Shown here: positions 1-10,611 of the stretch, piece by piece | Layout of the letters: each line of letters opens with the position of its first letter | Numbering within the stretch: the stretch's first letter is position 1 | Origin: an uncultured Nitrospiraceae bacterium | Lineage (GTDB): Bacteria > Nitrospirota > Thermodesulfovibrionia > Thermodesulfovibrionales > UBA6898 | DNA length: 64,000 bases | Assembly (NCBI GenBank): GCA_963811165.1 | Contig: CAWEQH010000009.1 | Span: forward strand, 1-64,000 | Reading direction: 5' to 3' | Program-made: the position numbers and the translations under genes | Notes under the pieces: generated by a model | Told to the model about the DNA's origin: nothing | The model's input: the letters and a program-made list of their open reading frames with translations, nothing else | The model's database searches: none

Positions 1-1604
1 CCGCTTCCGTTTCCGCGTCCAGCCCGGTGACCGGCTCATCGAATATAAAAATCGGTGCGTTCTTCAAAATCGCCCGGGCCAGTGCTATGCGTTGTCTCTG
101 CCCGCCTGAAAGATTGGCGCCGCCTTCTTTAAGAGATGTGTCATATCCGCTGGAAAGCCTCATGATAAAGTCATGGGCCTGCGCTGCTTTCGCCGCATCT
201 ACTATTTCTTCAAAGCGTGCTTCAGGTTTGCCGTAAGCGATATTTTCCCGGATGGTTCTCCGAAAAAGCAGGGGTTCCTGAAGCACAACGCTTATCTGTT
301 CGCGAAGGGATTTGAGCGTATATCGGCGAATATCCTGCCCGTCGATCAGAATCCGGCCATTCCATGGGTCATAGAATCTCAGAAGCAGATTCACAACCGT
401 GGATTTCCCTGTGCCGCTCAAACCGATCAGGGCGATCATCTCCCCGGGCCTTGCCTTAAAAGAAAGATCCTCCAACACAGGCTCTCCGGATCATAACCGA
501 AGGTCACCTTTTCAAAAACCACCTCGCCTCTGAAAGGAGGCGCATCAATCGCATCAGGGGCATCTACAACCTGATTTTTGTCTCCAGTATTTCTGCAACC
601 CTCTCTCCGCACACGAGCGAACCGCTGAAGTCTATGATCAACTCCGAAAAGCCCTCCCACAGGCCTGTAGAGGTCCCTGAGATATGAAACGAACACTATT
701 AGAGTCGCCGGGAGTTATGTAGCCTGCGAGGGCCCTTCTGGCGCCGAGATACACAACCAGGGCGGTACCGATGGCGATGATCACTTCGACTGTCCTTCCA
801 AAGCCTTTGCTGACTTTCATTCTTTCCAGTGATCGCGTCCAGGCTCTCCTCGCTTTCCTCTGCAAAACGTTTCTTTTCCTGCTCTTCCCGGGCAAAGGCC
901 TGCACGACCTCTTTCGATGTCAGGGTCTCCTGAACAAGGGATGCCACTTCACTCTCTTTCTCCCTTTTTTTCCGGGTAAGTTCGGCAACCTTGACGGAAA
1001 AATACAGTGATATAATATACAATGGCGGCGCCACTGCAAGGGCCCACAGCAGTGAGCTGCCAATCCATCAAAAACATGGTAACGCCGATGCCTGCAAACG
1101 TTAAGAAATAGTTCACCAGAGTCTGAATATGCTGGGTAAGCAGGAGTTTCAGAGAATCGATATCCGAGGTCAGCCGAACAATAAAATCTCCCGACCTTCC
1201 TGTCCCGCTTTCGAGCATCTGAAGATGTCCGAAAACCTGTTGCCGTATGTCGTTTATTGTCCTTTCGCCTGCGCCGGCCATGAAGTATTTGCGGATGAAG
1301 GTGAAGAGACCTTCCAGAAAAAATATCCCCACAATACCGGCGCATGAGAGAGCCAGCAGTGTCAGCTTTTCATGGCCCGCCAGGGAGTCTCAGAAACATG
1401 ATCCGCTGCGGCATGGGTTTATTCAGAAGGACATAGTCGAAGATGAGCTTGAGAGGCCAGGGCTTGAGCAGATTCATGATCATGGCGGCGAAAAGCGCGA
1501 GGTATGCCAGGAAAAAAGTTTCCAATATGTCTTTAAGCTGGGGAAAAACCGAACGCTTGATATTCCCTCAATTCAATGCCTTCAAAAAATGAGACAACTT
1601 TCAT
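1..1604 (-). CDS. ABC transporter permease/ATP-binding protein (MsbA-like); several frameshifts; runs off the window edge
   Basis: Stitched minus-strand frames give a TMD ([39 protein letters not shown]) then an NBD. The NBD signature [27 protein letters not shown] lies at about 30-125. ATG at 1604. Confidence 0.85.
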
Positions 1605-1623
1605 ATTCAAAAGACCTTATTCT

Positions 1624-3142
1624 TCACATCGAGAGGCGGGCCAGATGATGCTCCGCTTCCACCAGCACCCGCCAGAGGTTTTCGCTCTCGCCAAGCTTCA
1701 GCTTTATAAGATAATAGCCGATGCTGAGGCTCGTACGGGCCCTGAAGACTTCGACCTGCCGGAGAAAATCATCGTCCACCTGTGTGGCCTCATTCAGGTA
1801 TTTCTGAAGAAAGACAGTTTCAATGACTTTGTCATGGACCTCCTGCATGCCATAAAACTGGTTCCGGAACTGAGCAAGAAATGTCCCTACATCGAATGCG
1901 GGAGGCATGGTATAGGAGCTGCCGAAATCAATGGCGGCAACAAAGCGGGACGAGGGATCATCGGAATCCTGTCCGATAAAAATATTTTTAGGATGGAAAT
2001 CTCCGTGTCCCTGCATCAGCTTCTCCGGGTGTCTGCAGTATAGGGACGTTTCGAACTCGATGACCTTGTCCATAATCTCCTGCGCTTTCCGGGTATGACG
2101 ATGACCAGTCCTGTAAAAGGCCGAGAGATATCGTTCGAGACGACGCGTTTCATCTGAGAAAAACTCTTCGGGCGGAGCAATCTGCAGCCTGCAGTTGTGA
2201 AGGCGGGCCAGCCATTCTGCCGCCATTTCGAGATGATTCACGGCTTCCCGCGGCTCGGCCTCAACGAGCTTATCAAAAAGGGTCTTGCCTTTGATTCCCT
2301 CCTCAATCATCGTAAGGCTTTCCCGATCATTACCGAGCGGCTTCGGAACACGGAATCTCCCTTCCTCAAATCCGTGGCGGCGGATCTCATCCATTACTGT
2401 GAGACCTCCGGGCGGCGGAGCGCCAGGCCGTCAAGATTCTTGTGTTTCTTGATCACGTATTTTTCGCGGATGTCGCCGCTCTTGCCGGTACCGATCGTGA
2501 TTTCCGTTACCTGGGTGCTGCTCGATACCCGCCCGGGGAATTTCTTTAAAAAAAGGCCGGCAGCGACCCGCCCTGATTTCACCGGCCAATTCTGTTATCA
2601 GTCGAAATGGGATGATCGAAAATAGTGGGATAGAGCCCGGCATAACTGAGCGCATGGGTATCGGTTCCGGCAATCGCGGTAAACTTGAGATCATGCCAGT
2701 CACGCAGCCCTCGGCTGCTTTCGGCCACTGTATGATTCGAGCTGAATATTTCGATACCGTTGATAAGGGGATGAAATAACTTGTCGCGGGGCGGGATATT
2801 TTCATGCCGGTAGGGATGCGCCCAGATAATCGCGGCGTCAGGAAAATGCTTTCGTATGCTTTCCAGGGAGGTGCCCTTTTCGATTGAAACATCCGCGCCG
2901 TAGACAAGGACATCACCCAATTCCGGGGTGGCCACTTCCTGGCCGGACAGGATCAAATAATAATCAGGGACTTTAAGCTTGCGTCTTAATTCCTCGATCT
3001 CCTCCTGAGGCCATAGGTAATGATGATCTGTGAGCACGGTACCCTGCAGCCCTATATCAAAATTGTGCTGCACAATATCGGCGGCGCTCACCGAGCTGCA
3101 GCCGGAATGCTCGGCCGTATGACAATGCATTTCAAGAATCAT
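1624..3142 (-). CDS. PHP phosphoesterase fused to an aminoglycoside-phosphotransferase-like kinase; frameshifted into pieces
   Basis: 2579-3142 has PHP motifs EMHCHT, LTDHH, AHPYR and GTDTH. 1624-2394 has kinase motifs HGDFHPKN and AIDFG. The intervening frames (ITELAGEIRAGRCRPFFKEIPRAG, then SSTQVTEITIG..KYVIKK) bridge them. Confidence 0.7.
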
Positions 3143-3497
3143 AATCTGCCGGCAGTTGAAGAATCTTCATATATTCCCGCGCCTGATAACAATGTATCCC
3201 GACAGCGGCCACAATTCAAGTCGTTTCATACTCTATACAGGTGTCAAGAGCAATTTGAAGCCGCAATCAAGAATGTAACTTTCCGAGAAAATAACGAGTG
3301 CTCAGACCCTCGTAGTGTTCTCCCTCAAGCATCGCACTTACGTTAGGCAGGTGAGCAAGACAGATTTCACAAGGACTGACACAGTTTATCTAATAGACCT
3401 TCTCCCTCACGTCACCGCCCAGAACCGCCATGAAAATACGTGTATCTTCTCGAGGTAATGGTCAGCTTTGGCAATCTGTTTCGAAGGAGCGAATACA

Positions 3498-3535
3498 AAA
3501 AAAGAGGGCACCAGGTTTCAGCGCCCTCTTTTTGT
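3498..3535. terminator. Rho-independent terminator hairpin for the minus-strand gene ending at 3544
   Basis: aaaaaaagagggc...gccctctttttg inverted repeat with A/T tails. Confidence 0.65.
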
Positions 3536-3543
3536 CAAAACAG

Positions 3544-4512
3544 TCAACCCCGTTCTTCCGGACAGGTTGCGACTGGCGGGAAAGTGATGGCAATTCCATC
3601 AGCTACCCCATACCCATATCTTTCCTGGTGATAATTTACTGTCACCAGGTCACCTACTCTGATGTCTCTAACATCCCTTCTTTCGTTGCCTATCATTACC
3701 GAAACGCCGAAATCCAGAGCGAAAGAACGTATGCCCATTATCCCGCCGTATTCAGGTCCATAGCAATATGAAGGATCAATTGTGAGCGTCCTTGCATATC
3801 TGTCAATCGCCACGACCTTTCCGGTAAATGACAACTGCGTCCTTTCCCCCATATAGGGCATGGGTGGATAAGCAATGGCGATGCCTTCAGCGACACTAAG
3901 GCCGTTTCTTTCCCGGTGAAAGTTAACAGTCACCCAATCACCTACTCTAATGTCTCTCATTTCCCGTCTCTCGCCTCCCATCATCACCCATACGCCCTCA
4001 TCCAACGTGAATGTTCGCGATCCATTGCTACCATAGTTCGGTCCGTAATAATATGATGGGTCTACGACCAACGTTTTTGCATCCGGGTCAATTGCCACAA
4101 CCTTTCCGGTAAGAGAGAACTGGGCCCTTTCTTCCTTATAAGGCGTGGGCGGAAGCGCATAGGCGATTCCTTCAGCTATTACAATCCCTCCGCTTTCCTC
4201 GTGATAGGTGACTGTCACCCAATCACCTACTCTGATGTCTCTAAAGTCCCTCTTTTCATTGCCCATCAGCACCAATGCGTGTTTATCAAGAGCGAACGCC
4301 CGGTCCGGTCCTTTAAGATTCAGTCCGTCATAAGGAGTTACAGTAAGCGTCGCTTTATCTCTGTCGATACCGGAAACCCTGCCAGTCAGAGAGAAGGCCT
4401 GGGCACTGGGCGTGATTATGAGAGACATAACAAAAAGAGCGGCCAAAACCACCGCCGCTGTCTTTAATAGATCAGCCGCTCTCGTCGACGTTTTTCTATT
4501 TTTGTATACCAT
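3544..4512 (-). CDS. Exported protein with three tandem OB-fold-like (DUF5666/CusF-like) repeats
   Basis: Signal peptide (..PSAQA), then three copies of FxxTGKVVAID...F.LD..V.VM.G.E.R..RDIRVGD.VTV.YH.E..G..AEGIA. GGAGG RBS upstream. Confidence 0.75.
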   Translation of the reverse strand: MVYKNRKTSTRAADLLKTAAVVLAALFVMSLIITPSAQAFSLTGRVSGIDRDKATLTVTPYDGLNLKGPDRAFALDKHALVLMGNEKRDFRDIRVGDWVTVTYHEESGGIVIAEGIAYALPPTPYKEERAQFSLTGKVVAIDPDAKTLVVDPSYYYGPNYGSNGSRTFTLDEGVWVMMGGERREMRDIRVGDWVTVNFHRERNGLSVAEGIAIAYPPMPYMGERTQLSFTGKVVAIDRYARTLTIDPSYCYGPEYGGIMGIRSFALDFGVSVMIGNERRDVRDIRVGDLVTVNYHQERYGYGVADGIAITFPPVATCPEERG

Positions 4513-4625
4513 GATCTACACCTCCTTCTTTTTTGAACTCTATTACTTTAATTACACTCGTTAAACCCACATCTTTTTCCCTTTTTGACATCTGCATACT
4601 TTGCCTTCTTACCACGTACGCCTAT

Positions 4626-4844
4626 TTACTTTTCGAGTTTAAAGCCTCCCGCACATTCCCGTTTCAGTCCTTCGATCCTGTAATCGAACTCATCGCTGAT
4701 ATTATGAAGTTCGTTAACTTCGTTTATGACCCCTTTCTTGTCATTTGACGACGAATGATCTAACTTACTGACGACGTTATCTATTTTCGACTTCCACCCG
4801 GAAAGTTCAGCCATTATATTGTCGCAATACTCTTTGGTTTCCAT
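4626..4844 (-). CDS. Small hypothetical helical protein
   Basis: 72-aa ORF with GAGGAG RBS; YCDNIMAELSGWKSKI coiled-coil-like sequence. Confidence 0.65.
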   Translation of the reverse strand: METKEYCDNIMAELSGWKSKIDNVVSKLDHSSSNDKKGVINEVNELHNISDEFDYRIEGLKRECAGGFKLEK

Positions 4845-5232
4845 GGAGTTTCCTCCTCTCTCTGAAATTCTTTTCTATTCGTTCATTTTGTTCATTTTTT
4901 ACCCACTTCTATGGTTTAAATATAGTCTGCTCAGGATAAAATTTCAAAGCTCTGTTTTGTCCATTTTTTAATTATTTTTATCAAATTATCCGAAAATTAC
5001 CCGAATTAAGACCATAATCATCCTTTTTTGGGACGGGAGCCGAGAAATGAGTCAGATATGATCGACTGCGGCCCAACTGCTTCGCCAATGAAAAACGTTA
5101 AATCAGCAATTGTCCTCTCATAATAAGGACTAACATGCAAACCTTCTAGGGTTTAGGAGGCTCAGTTGCATCGGTCATATTTTGTGCGATAATGGGATAA
5201 TCTTAATAAAATTAAATGTAAAGGAGAAGAAT

Positions 5233-5685
5233 ATGAGGAAGAGCAATGGATTGTCTGTTTTGATCTGCATCTCTTTTGTCGCGATGTTGTTCCTGCCCGG
5301 TCTCGTAAAAAACGTCCGGGGGCAGGGGGCAGAGGGAAAACCTAACGTGGAGAAGAAATCGGGTGAAACAGCTTCGACAAAGGAAAAATTCTCCGAAGAC
5401 AAGAAAGAATTTGAGGCAAAGGCGAAAGCGAGACTCCATGAGCTGGGTAGAAAAATTGATGAACTGGAGGCAGAGGCAAAAAAGGCTGGCTCGAAAGTGA
5501 AGACGGAGACTAAAGAAGGCCTGCAGGAACTCAAAGAGAAGCGTGCAGCGTTAAAGAAAGATATGAAGAAACTAAAAGCAAGGAGCAAGACAAAATGGGA
5601 AGAGGCAAAGCAGAAGATACAGTCCGCAGGAGACGAACTCGAAGAGGCATATAATAAGGTGCGTGACAAGTTCAAGTCGGAATGA
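5233..5685 (+). CDS. Exported coiled-coil protein
   Basis: AGGAG RBS before ATG 5233; hydrophobic N-terminus, then K/E-rich amphipathic helices. Confidence 0.75.
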   Translation: MRKSNGLSVLICISFVAMLFLPGLVKNVRGQGAEGKPNVEKKSGETASTKEKFSEDKKEFEAKAKARLHELGRKIDELEAEAKKAGSKVKTETKEGLQELKEKRAALKKDMKKLKARSKTKWEEAKQKIQSAGDELEEAYNKVRDKFKSE

Positions 5686-5820
5686 GAAAACAATCCCGGA
5701 CAAGGATGCAAAAGAGATCGCGAAATATATTTTGAAGACGTTTAAGTAAGCAAGGCATAAAACAAATAATCTTGAATAAACAGTCAGAGAAAGCGAAGAT
5801 CAGGAGTCGCTAATGCGAGA

Positions 5821-6072
5821 ATGGGATGGCTTATGTATGGCTTCGAGATTCGTGCCTTGAAATTTCTATTCGCGCTTCTTTTGACAGTATTAACCTGCAT
5901 TGCTTGCGCGAGCTTGCGGAAGCGCGACGTCGAAAGCAACCGTATTTCGGAGATGGAAAAGAACTGTAAGAAAGTCGAGATCAAGATGGACTATGATCAA
6001 AAAGTCTACGTAATAACCTACACGGGGAAGGTATCAAAGGATAGATGTCCTATAGCTCTGATACACGGATAG
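5821..6072 (+). CDS. Small putative lipoprotein
   Basis: Hydrophobic stretch ending in a CIAC lipobox-like motif; start uncertain. Confidence 0.4.
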   Translation: MGWLMYGFEIRALKFLFALLLTVLTCIACASLRKRDVESNRISEMEKNCKKVEIKMDYDQKVYVITYTGKVSKDRCPIALIHG

Positions 6073-6134
6073 AAGGATGACAGGATAATCGGAAAGAAGG
6101 AAGTCGACATATGCGGATGCAAGGATAAATAAGT

Positions 6135-7736
6135 ATGGGCTACAAAGTGTTAGTCACGGACGAGATTGACAGGATTGCGGTGAAAATCCTAAAGGATGCG
6201 TGCGAAGTAGATTACAAGCCCGTTGTGACCGCTGATACTCTTAAGGCGATCATAAATGAGTACGACGCATTGATGATAAGGAGCGCCTCCAAAATTACGA
6301 AAGATTTACTCTCAGATGCAACGAGGCTGAAAGTGATCGGCAGGGCAGGCGTCGGGGTGGATAATATCGATATCGAAACAGCCACGGAAAAAGGGATAAT
6401 CGTCATCAACTCTCCCGAAGGCAATACTGTCGCGGCTTCTGAGCATACCATAGCCATGATGCTGTCCTTGATAAGACACATCCCCGCCGCCGACGGCTTG
6501 CTCAAACAGGGCAGATGGGAGAGGTCCGCACTGATGGGCAAGGAAGTATTCAATAAAACGATAGGCATAATCGGCTTGGGAAAAGTCGGCAGCAGGGTGG
6601 CTTCTATTGTCAGGGCGATGGGCATGAAAGTTCTGGCATATGATCCGTTTATCGGCAAAGACCGCGCAGAAGAACTCGGTGTTCATTATGTCACTTCTCT
6701 TGATGAGATATGGAGGTCCTCCGATTTCATCACGCTTCATGTGCCAAAAAGCAGAGACACCATTAATTTAATCAATAGAGACGTCATAGCCAAAATGAGG
6801 AGAGGAGTAATTATCATCAACTGCGCCCGCGGCGGATTGATAAACGAATCAGACCTGGCCGGGGCGATACAGGACGGCATCGTTGAAATGGCTGCCATAG
6901 ATGTTTTTGATAAAGAGCCGGCCGGAGATTCTCCGCTTTTAAAACTGGGCAATAAAGTCGTTCTTACTCCGCACCTGGGAGCGAGCACTGAAGAAGCGCA
7001 GATAAACGTTGCGGTCGATGTCGCCGAGCAGATCAGAGATATGGCCCTGGGAATGCAGGCCAGAAGCCCCGTCAATATTCCTTCCCTTAAGCCTGAGACC
7101 CTTGAGCCGGTCAAAAACTATATGGCACTTGCCGAAAATCTGGGGGCTTTCGTAAGACAAGTTACCGCCGGAGCTGCCAGGGAAGTGGAGCTCATAGCTT
7201 GCGGTGATCTCGCTCAGCTCGATCTGGCGCCCCTGACGGTTGCGGTCACAAAAGGGGTTTTGTGCTGCAACAATGAGGGAGTAAATTATGTGAACGCCCC
7301 AAAATTGGCCGAAAAAAGAGGTATTCACGTGAAGAAAGCGACTTCGACTGATTCTGAAAACTTCTTAAGCCTGTTAAGAGTTGTCCTGACGACGGACAAA
7401 GAAAGCCGCAAGATAACTGGGACCATGTTGGGCAGGGACATTCCAAGGATCCTCGGATTGAACGGATATCACACCAGTATTGAGCCTGCCGAGCATATGC
7501 TGGTCCTGCCCCACAAGGACAAGCCCGGGATGGTTGCCCAGGTTGCGGCGGTATTGAGCGGGGAAAACATCAATATCTCAATGATGCAGGTGGGAAGAAA
7601 GGTCCGCGGGCGGGCCGGCGGTGAGTCTATAATGGTCCTCAACGTGGATGAGCCTGTAAGCGCCTCTGTGCTCCTCCGGTTGCAAAATATAGAAGGCATC
7701 TATGACGCCCAATACGTTAACCTGAACGCGAAGTGA
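6135..7736 (+). CDS. serA: D-3-phosphoglycerate dehydrogenase (long form, ASB + ACT)
   Basis: RAGVGVDNID, GIIGLGKVG, INCARGGL, TPHLGASTEEAQ and a C-terminal ACT domain (HKDKPGMVAQV). Confidence 0.95.
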   Translation: MGYKVLVTDEIDRIAVKILKDACEVDYKPVVTADTLKAIINEYDALMIRSASKITKDLLSDATRLKVIGRAGVGVDNIDIETATEKGIIVINSPEGNTVAASEHTIAMMLSLIRHIPAADGLLKQGRWERSALMGKEVFNKTIGIIGLGKVGSRVASIVRAMGMKVLAYDPFIGKDRAEELGVHYVTSLDEIWRSSDFITLHVPKSRDTINLINRDVIAKMRRGVIIINCARGGLINESDLAGAIQDGIVEMAAIDVFDKEPAGDSPLLKLGNKVVLTPHLGASTEEAQINVAVDVAEQIRDMALGMQARSPVNIPSLKPETLEPVKNYMALAENLGAFVRQVTAGAAREVELIACGDLAQLDLAPLTVAVTKGVLCCNNEGVNYVNAPKLAEKRGIHVKKATSTDSENFLSLLRVVLTTDKESRKITGTMLGRDIPRILGLNGYHTSIEPAEHMLVLPHKDKPGMVAQVAAVLSGENINISMMQVGRKVRGRAGGESIMVLNVDEPVSASVLLRLQNIEGIYDAQYVNLNAK

Positions 7737-7757
7737 TAGTGCAGTCATTTTTATAAC

Positions 7758-9182
7758 GTGCGGATGAAAAGATTCAGAAAGCTTTTTTTTATATCGGTTT
7801 TCCTGATCGCTGCATGCATAGTATGCGGCTGCGCGAGCCTGCCTAATGTTTCAGAGATAATTGAGGACGTGCCGGAAGGGGAGAGACCTCCGGAGATCGT
7901 CGGCGCCAAGGGTGTGCTCTCCGAGCAGACCAGCAAGAAGATCATAAAGAAGATCAAGCGCTTTTCAGGCGTGAGCGACATTATCGAGAAGCAGACCCTG
8001 GCATTGGAAGATGTGAGCGGCAGACCGCTTGTGGCGGGCAACAAGGTCACCCTTCTGGTTGACGGGCCTGCGACATACGCCGCAATGCTGAAGGCTGTCA
8101 GGGGGGCAAAAAACAATATCAACCTAGAGACCTTCGTTTTCGAAGACGACGAAGTCGGTCAGCTCTTCGCCGGGGAGTTTCTGAAAAAGCAGGCCGAAGG
8201 CGTTCAGGTCAATATCATCTATGACGGCGTGGGCTCGAAAAATACGCCGCATATATTCTTTCAGCGGCTGCGCGACAGCGGGATCAACGTCCTCGAATTC
8301 AATCCTGTCGATCCCTTTCTGGCCCTTGTCGGAAAATGGCATCCGACCCATCGGGACCACCGTAAAATCCTCGTTGTGGATGGCTTAATCGCCTTTACCG
8401 GCGGGGTCAACATAAGTCATGTCTACTCAAGCAGCCCATCCGGGATAGCCGGTGAACATGCGAAAAAAGAGCTGAAAGAGAGAGAGGTGGAGGAACCCTG
8501 GCGGGATACTCATGTGCAGATCGAAGGACCGGCTGTCGCTGAATTTCAGAATCTCTTTCTGGAAACCTGGAAGGACAAGAAGGGGCCGGAACTTAAAGAG
8601 AAAGACTACTTACCGAAGCTGGAACCAAAGGGGCGCGACCTGGTACAGGTGATAGGCAGCACCCCGGGAGAACTGAACCGGGTCACCTTCATCATGTATG
8701 TCGCGGCGTTTGTGAATGCGCAGCGCTCTATCCACCTCACTACGCCATACTTTGTGCCCGACAAACAGGCGGTCAGCGCCCTTATCGACGCTGCCAAACG
8801 CGGGGTCGACGTGAAGATCATCCTGCCTGAGGCGAGTGATTCGAGTCTGGCCCTCTATGCCGGCCATTATTACTACTCAAACCTTCTGAAGGCGGGCATA
8901 GAGCTCTATGAACGACAGCATGCGATGATACATGCCAAGACCTCGGTGGTCGACGGGGTCTGGTCCACGGTTGGATCCACGAACATGGACCTGTGGAGTT
9001 TTCTCCATAACGACGAGGTGAACGCCGTCATCATCGGCGGCGATTTTGCCTCTGAGATGGAAGCCTTGTTCGAACGCGATCTGCAGCAATCAAAGGAAGT
9101 GGCCCTCGATGAATGGAGAAGGCGGCCTCTCTTCCCCCGCCTCAAGGAGTGGTTCGCACACCTCTTCAGGCGCTATCTATAG
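7758..9182 (+). CDS. cls: Cardiolipin synthase / PLD-family lipoprotein
   Basis: Two HKD motifs (HRKILVVD, HAKTSVVD), GSTNMD, N-terminal lipobox. Confidence 0.9.
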   Translation: MRMKRFRKLFFISVFLIAACIVCGCASLPNVSEIIEDVPEGERPPEIVGAKGVLSEQTSKKIIKKIKRFSGVSDIIEKQTLALEDVSGRPLVAGNKVTLLVDGPATYAAMLKAVRGAKNNINLETFVFEDDEVGQLFAGEFLKKQAEGVQVNIIYDGVGSKNTPHIFFQRLRDSGINVLEFNPVDPFLALVGKWHPTHRDHRKILVVDGLIAFTGGVNISHVYSSSPSGIAGEHAKKELKEREVEEPWRDTHVQIEGPAVAEFQNLFLETWKDKKGPELKEKDYLPKLEPKGRDLVQVIGSTPGELNRVTFIMYVAAFVNAQRSIHLTTPYFVPDKQAVSALIDAAKRGVDVKIILPEASDSSLALYAGHYYYSNLLKAGIELYERQHAMIHAKTSVVDGVWSTVGSTNMDLWSFLHNDEVNAVIIGGDFASEMEALFERDLQQSKEVALDEWRRRPLFPRLKEWFAHLFRRYL

Positions 9183-9338
9183 CGTGTCGCTTTAGAAGGC
9201 TCCTTGGGTTTCTCTTCGCATACCGGTTTTGCTTCTTGATTCCCCATTATATGACTGTGATATGATTGAGGAGGGTGATACGTTGTATATTTTTTTTCAG
9301 CAATGCGAAAACGCGTACCGACCTGTAAAGGAGAAGAT

Positions 9339-9911
9339 ATGGAAACACGCTCAGTAACATCGGATTCCGCCCCCGCCACAGACCCGGCGGATCATTACCT
9401 TCGATTTCACCTTCCTCACATGCATCTTAGCTCGGTTTTCGGAGATGATTGGTTTGCGCTGAAGGCGGAGTCCTTCGCCCGTTTTTTTGGTACCCCCGTG
9501 TTTATTATGGCCCAGACGGTAATGGTAGCGATCTGGATCGGTCTGAACGCCGCAGGATTCACCAAATTCGATGTCTATCCTTTTATCCTTCTTAATCTCG
9601 CCTTCAGCCTCCAGGCCGCCTATGCAGCGCCGCTCATCCTTCTTGCGCAAACGCGGCAGGCTGACCGGGACAAGGCGCATTCCGAGGCCGATGCGCAGCA
9701 TCGGGAAGCTTTGGCCTTTGCAGCCGAGCAGCGACAGACTTTGGCGGCAGGGCAGACTGCACAGATGCTGGAATTGCTCCGGCAGAACACGCAACTTACC
9801 GAACTGGTAAGGGAACTGAGCCAACGCATCGAGACGCTGACACTTGAACTGCACGACAAAGTTGTCCGTGGCGGCACGAGTATTGGCCAGGCATCAAATT
9901 ATAAGCAATGA
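9339..9911 (+). CDS. DUF1003 membrane protein
   Basis: FDVYPFILLNLAFSLQAAYAAPLILLAQTRQADRD signature; AGGAG RBS. Confidence 0.9.
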   Translation: METRSVTSDSAPATDPADHYLRFHLPHMHLSSVFGDDWFALKAESFARFFGTPVFIMAQTVMVAIWIGLNAAGFTKFDVYPFILLNLAFSLQAAYAAPLILLAQTRQADRDKAHSEADAQHREALAFAAEQRQTLAAGQTAQMLELLRQNTQLTELVRELSQRIETLTLELHDKVVRGGTSIGQASNYKQ

Positions 9912-10079
9912 AACACCTCATCGTTAAAACTTCAGGTTGACAAAGTGGTCGTGGACAAGGGAAACTTAAACAAAGGGGAGGACTGGATGAGGCCGAGGCG
10001 CCCCAATCGCAACAGGGCGATGTAATATTCCCTGTTTCCTCCTCCCCAAATTACTTTCCTCTCTCTCACTACTACGAAT

Positions 10080-10112
10080 AAAAAAAGGGCGGGAGATTCC
10101 CCGCCCATTCTT
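10080..10112. terminator. Terminator hairpin
   Basis: aaaaaaagggcggg-agattc-cccgccc, located between convergent genes. Confidence 0.7.
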
Positions 10113-10133
10113 ATGACTTACTGCCGTTCTGCA

Positions 10134-10505
10134 CTACTCAACTTTCTTCATTTCCATCCCGCAGGGGCATTTCCCGGGGTTCTGGCTGATGGTCTCGCAC
10201 TTGCAGTCAGCCCCGCAGGCGCAGGCATACTTACCGGTGGTTTTGAAGGAACGTTCCTTCTCCCACGAATCGGCCTTCAACATCGCCTGACCCTCTGCAA
10301 CACTCATTACCTTCGCCTTCACCATATCTTTGCCGCAGGTACATTTGCCCGGCATTCTCGACATGGTATTGCATGGGCAGTCCGCACCGCAGTTGCAGGC
10401 GTAGATCTCGTCGCCCACCTTTAGGTCCATCTTGCCGAGGGTACCGGCGAATGCCACTGTAGCGCAGAACAGGACGATGACTGCAAAAAAAATAGTCTTC
10501 CTCAT
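10134..10505 (-). CDS. Exported Cys-rich protein with two heavy-metal-binding-like repeats
   Basis: Signal peptide, then two copies of YACxCGADCxCxTxSxxPGKCxCGxxM; GGAGG RBS. Confidence 0.8.
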   Translation of the reverse strand: MRKTIFFAVIVLFCATVAFAGTLGKMDLKVGDEIYACNCGADCPCNTMSRMPGKCTCGKDMVKAKVMSVAEGQAMLKADSWEKERSFKTTGKYACACGADCKCETISQNPGKCPCGMEMKKVE

Positions 10506-10611
10506 GATTTCACCTCCTTTACGGTTTTCTCTGAAGTTACGGTTATAAGGTCTAATTCCACTCTATGGCATTGCGGAGCCGCTGTCAAGGGAAGATTTTT
10601 GTCGGCTTCGG

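Noticed and set aside
3288..3349. Hairpin ending in GTTAGGC, attC-like
   Set aside because: The left end does not fit RYYYAAC well, and there is no cassette array or integrase.
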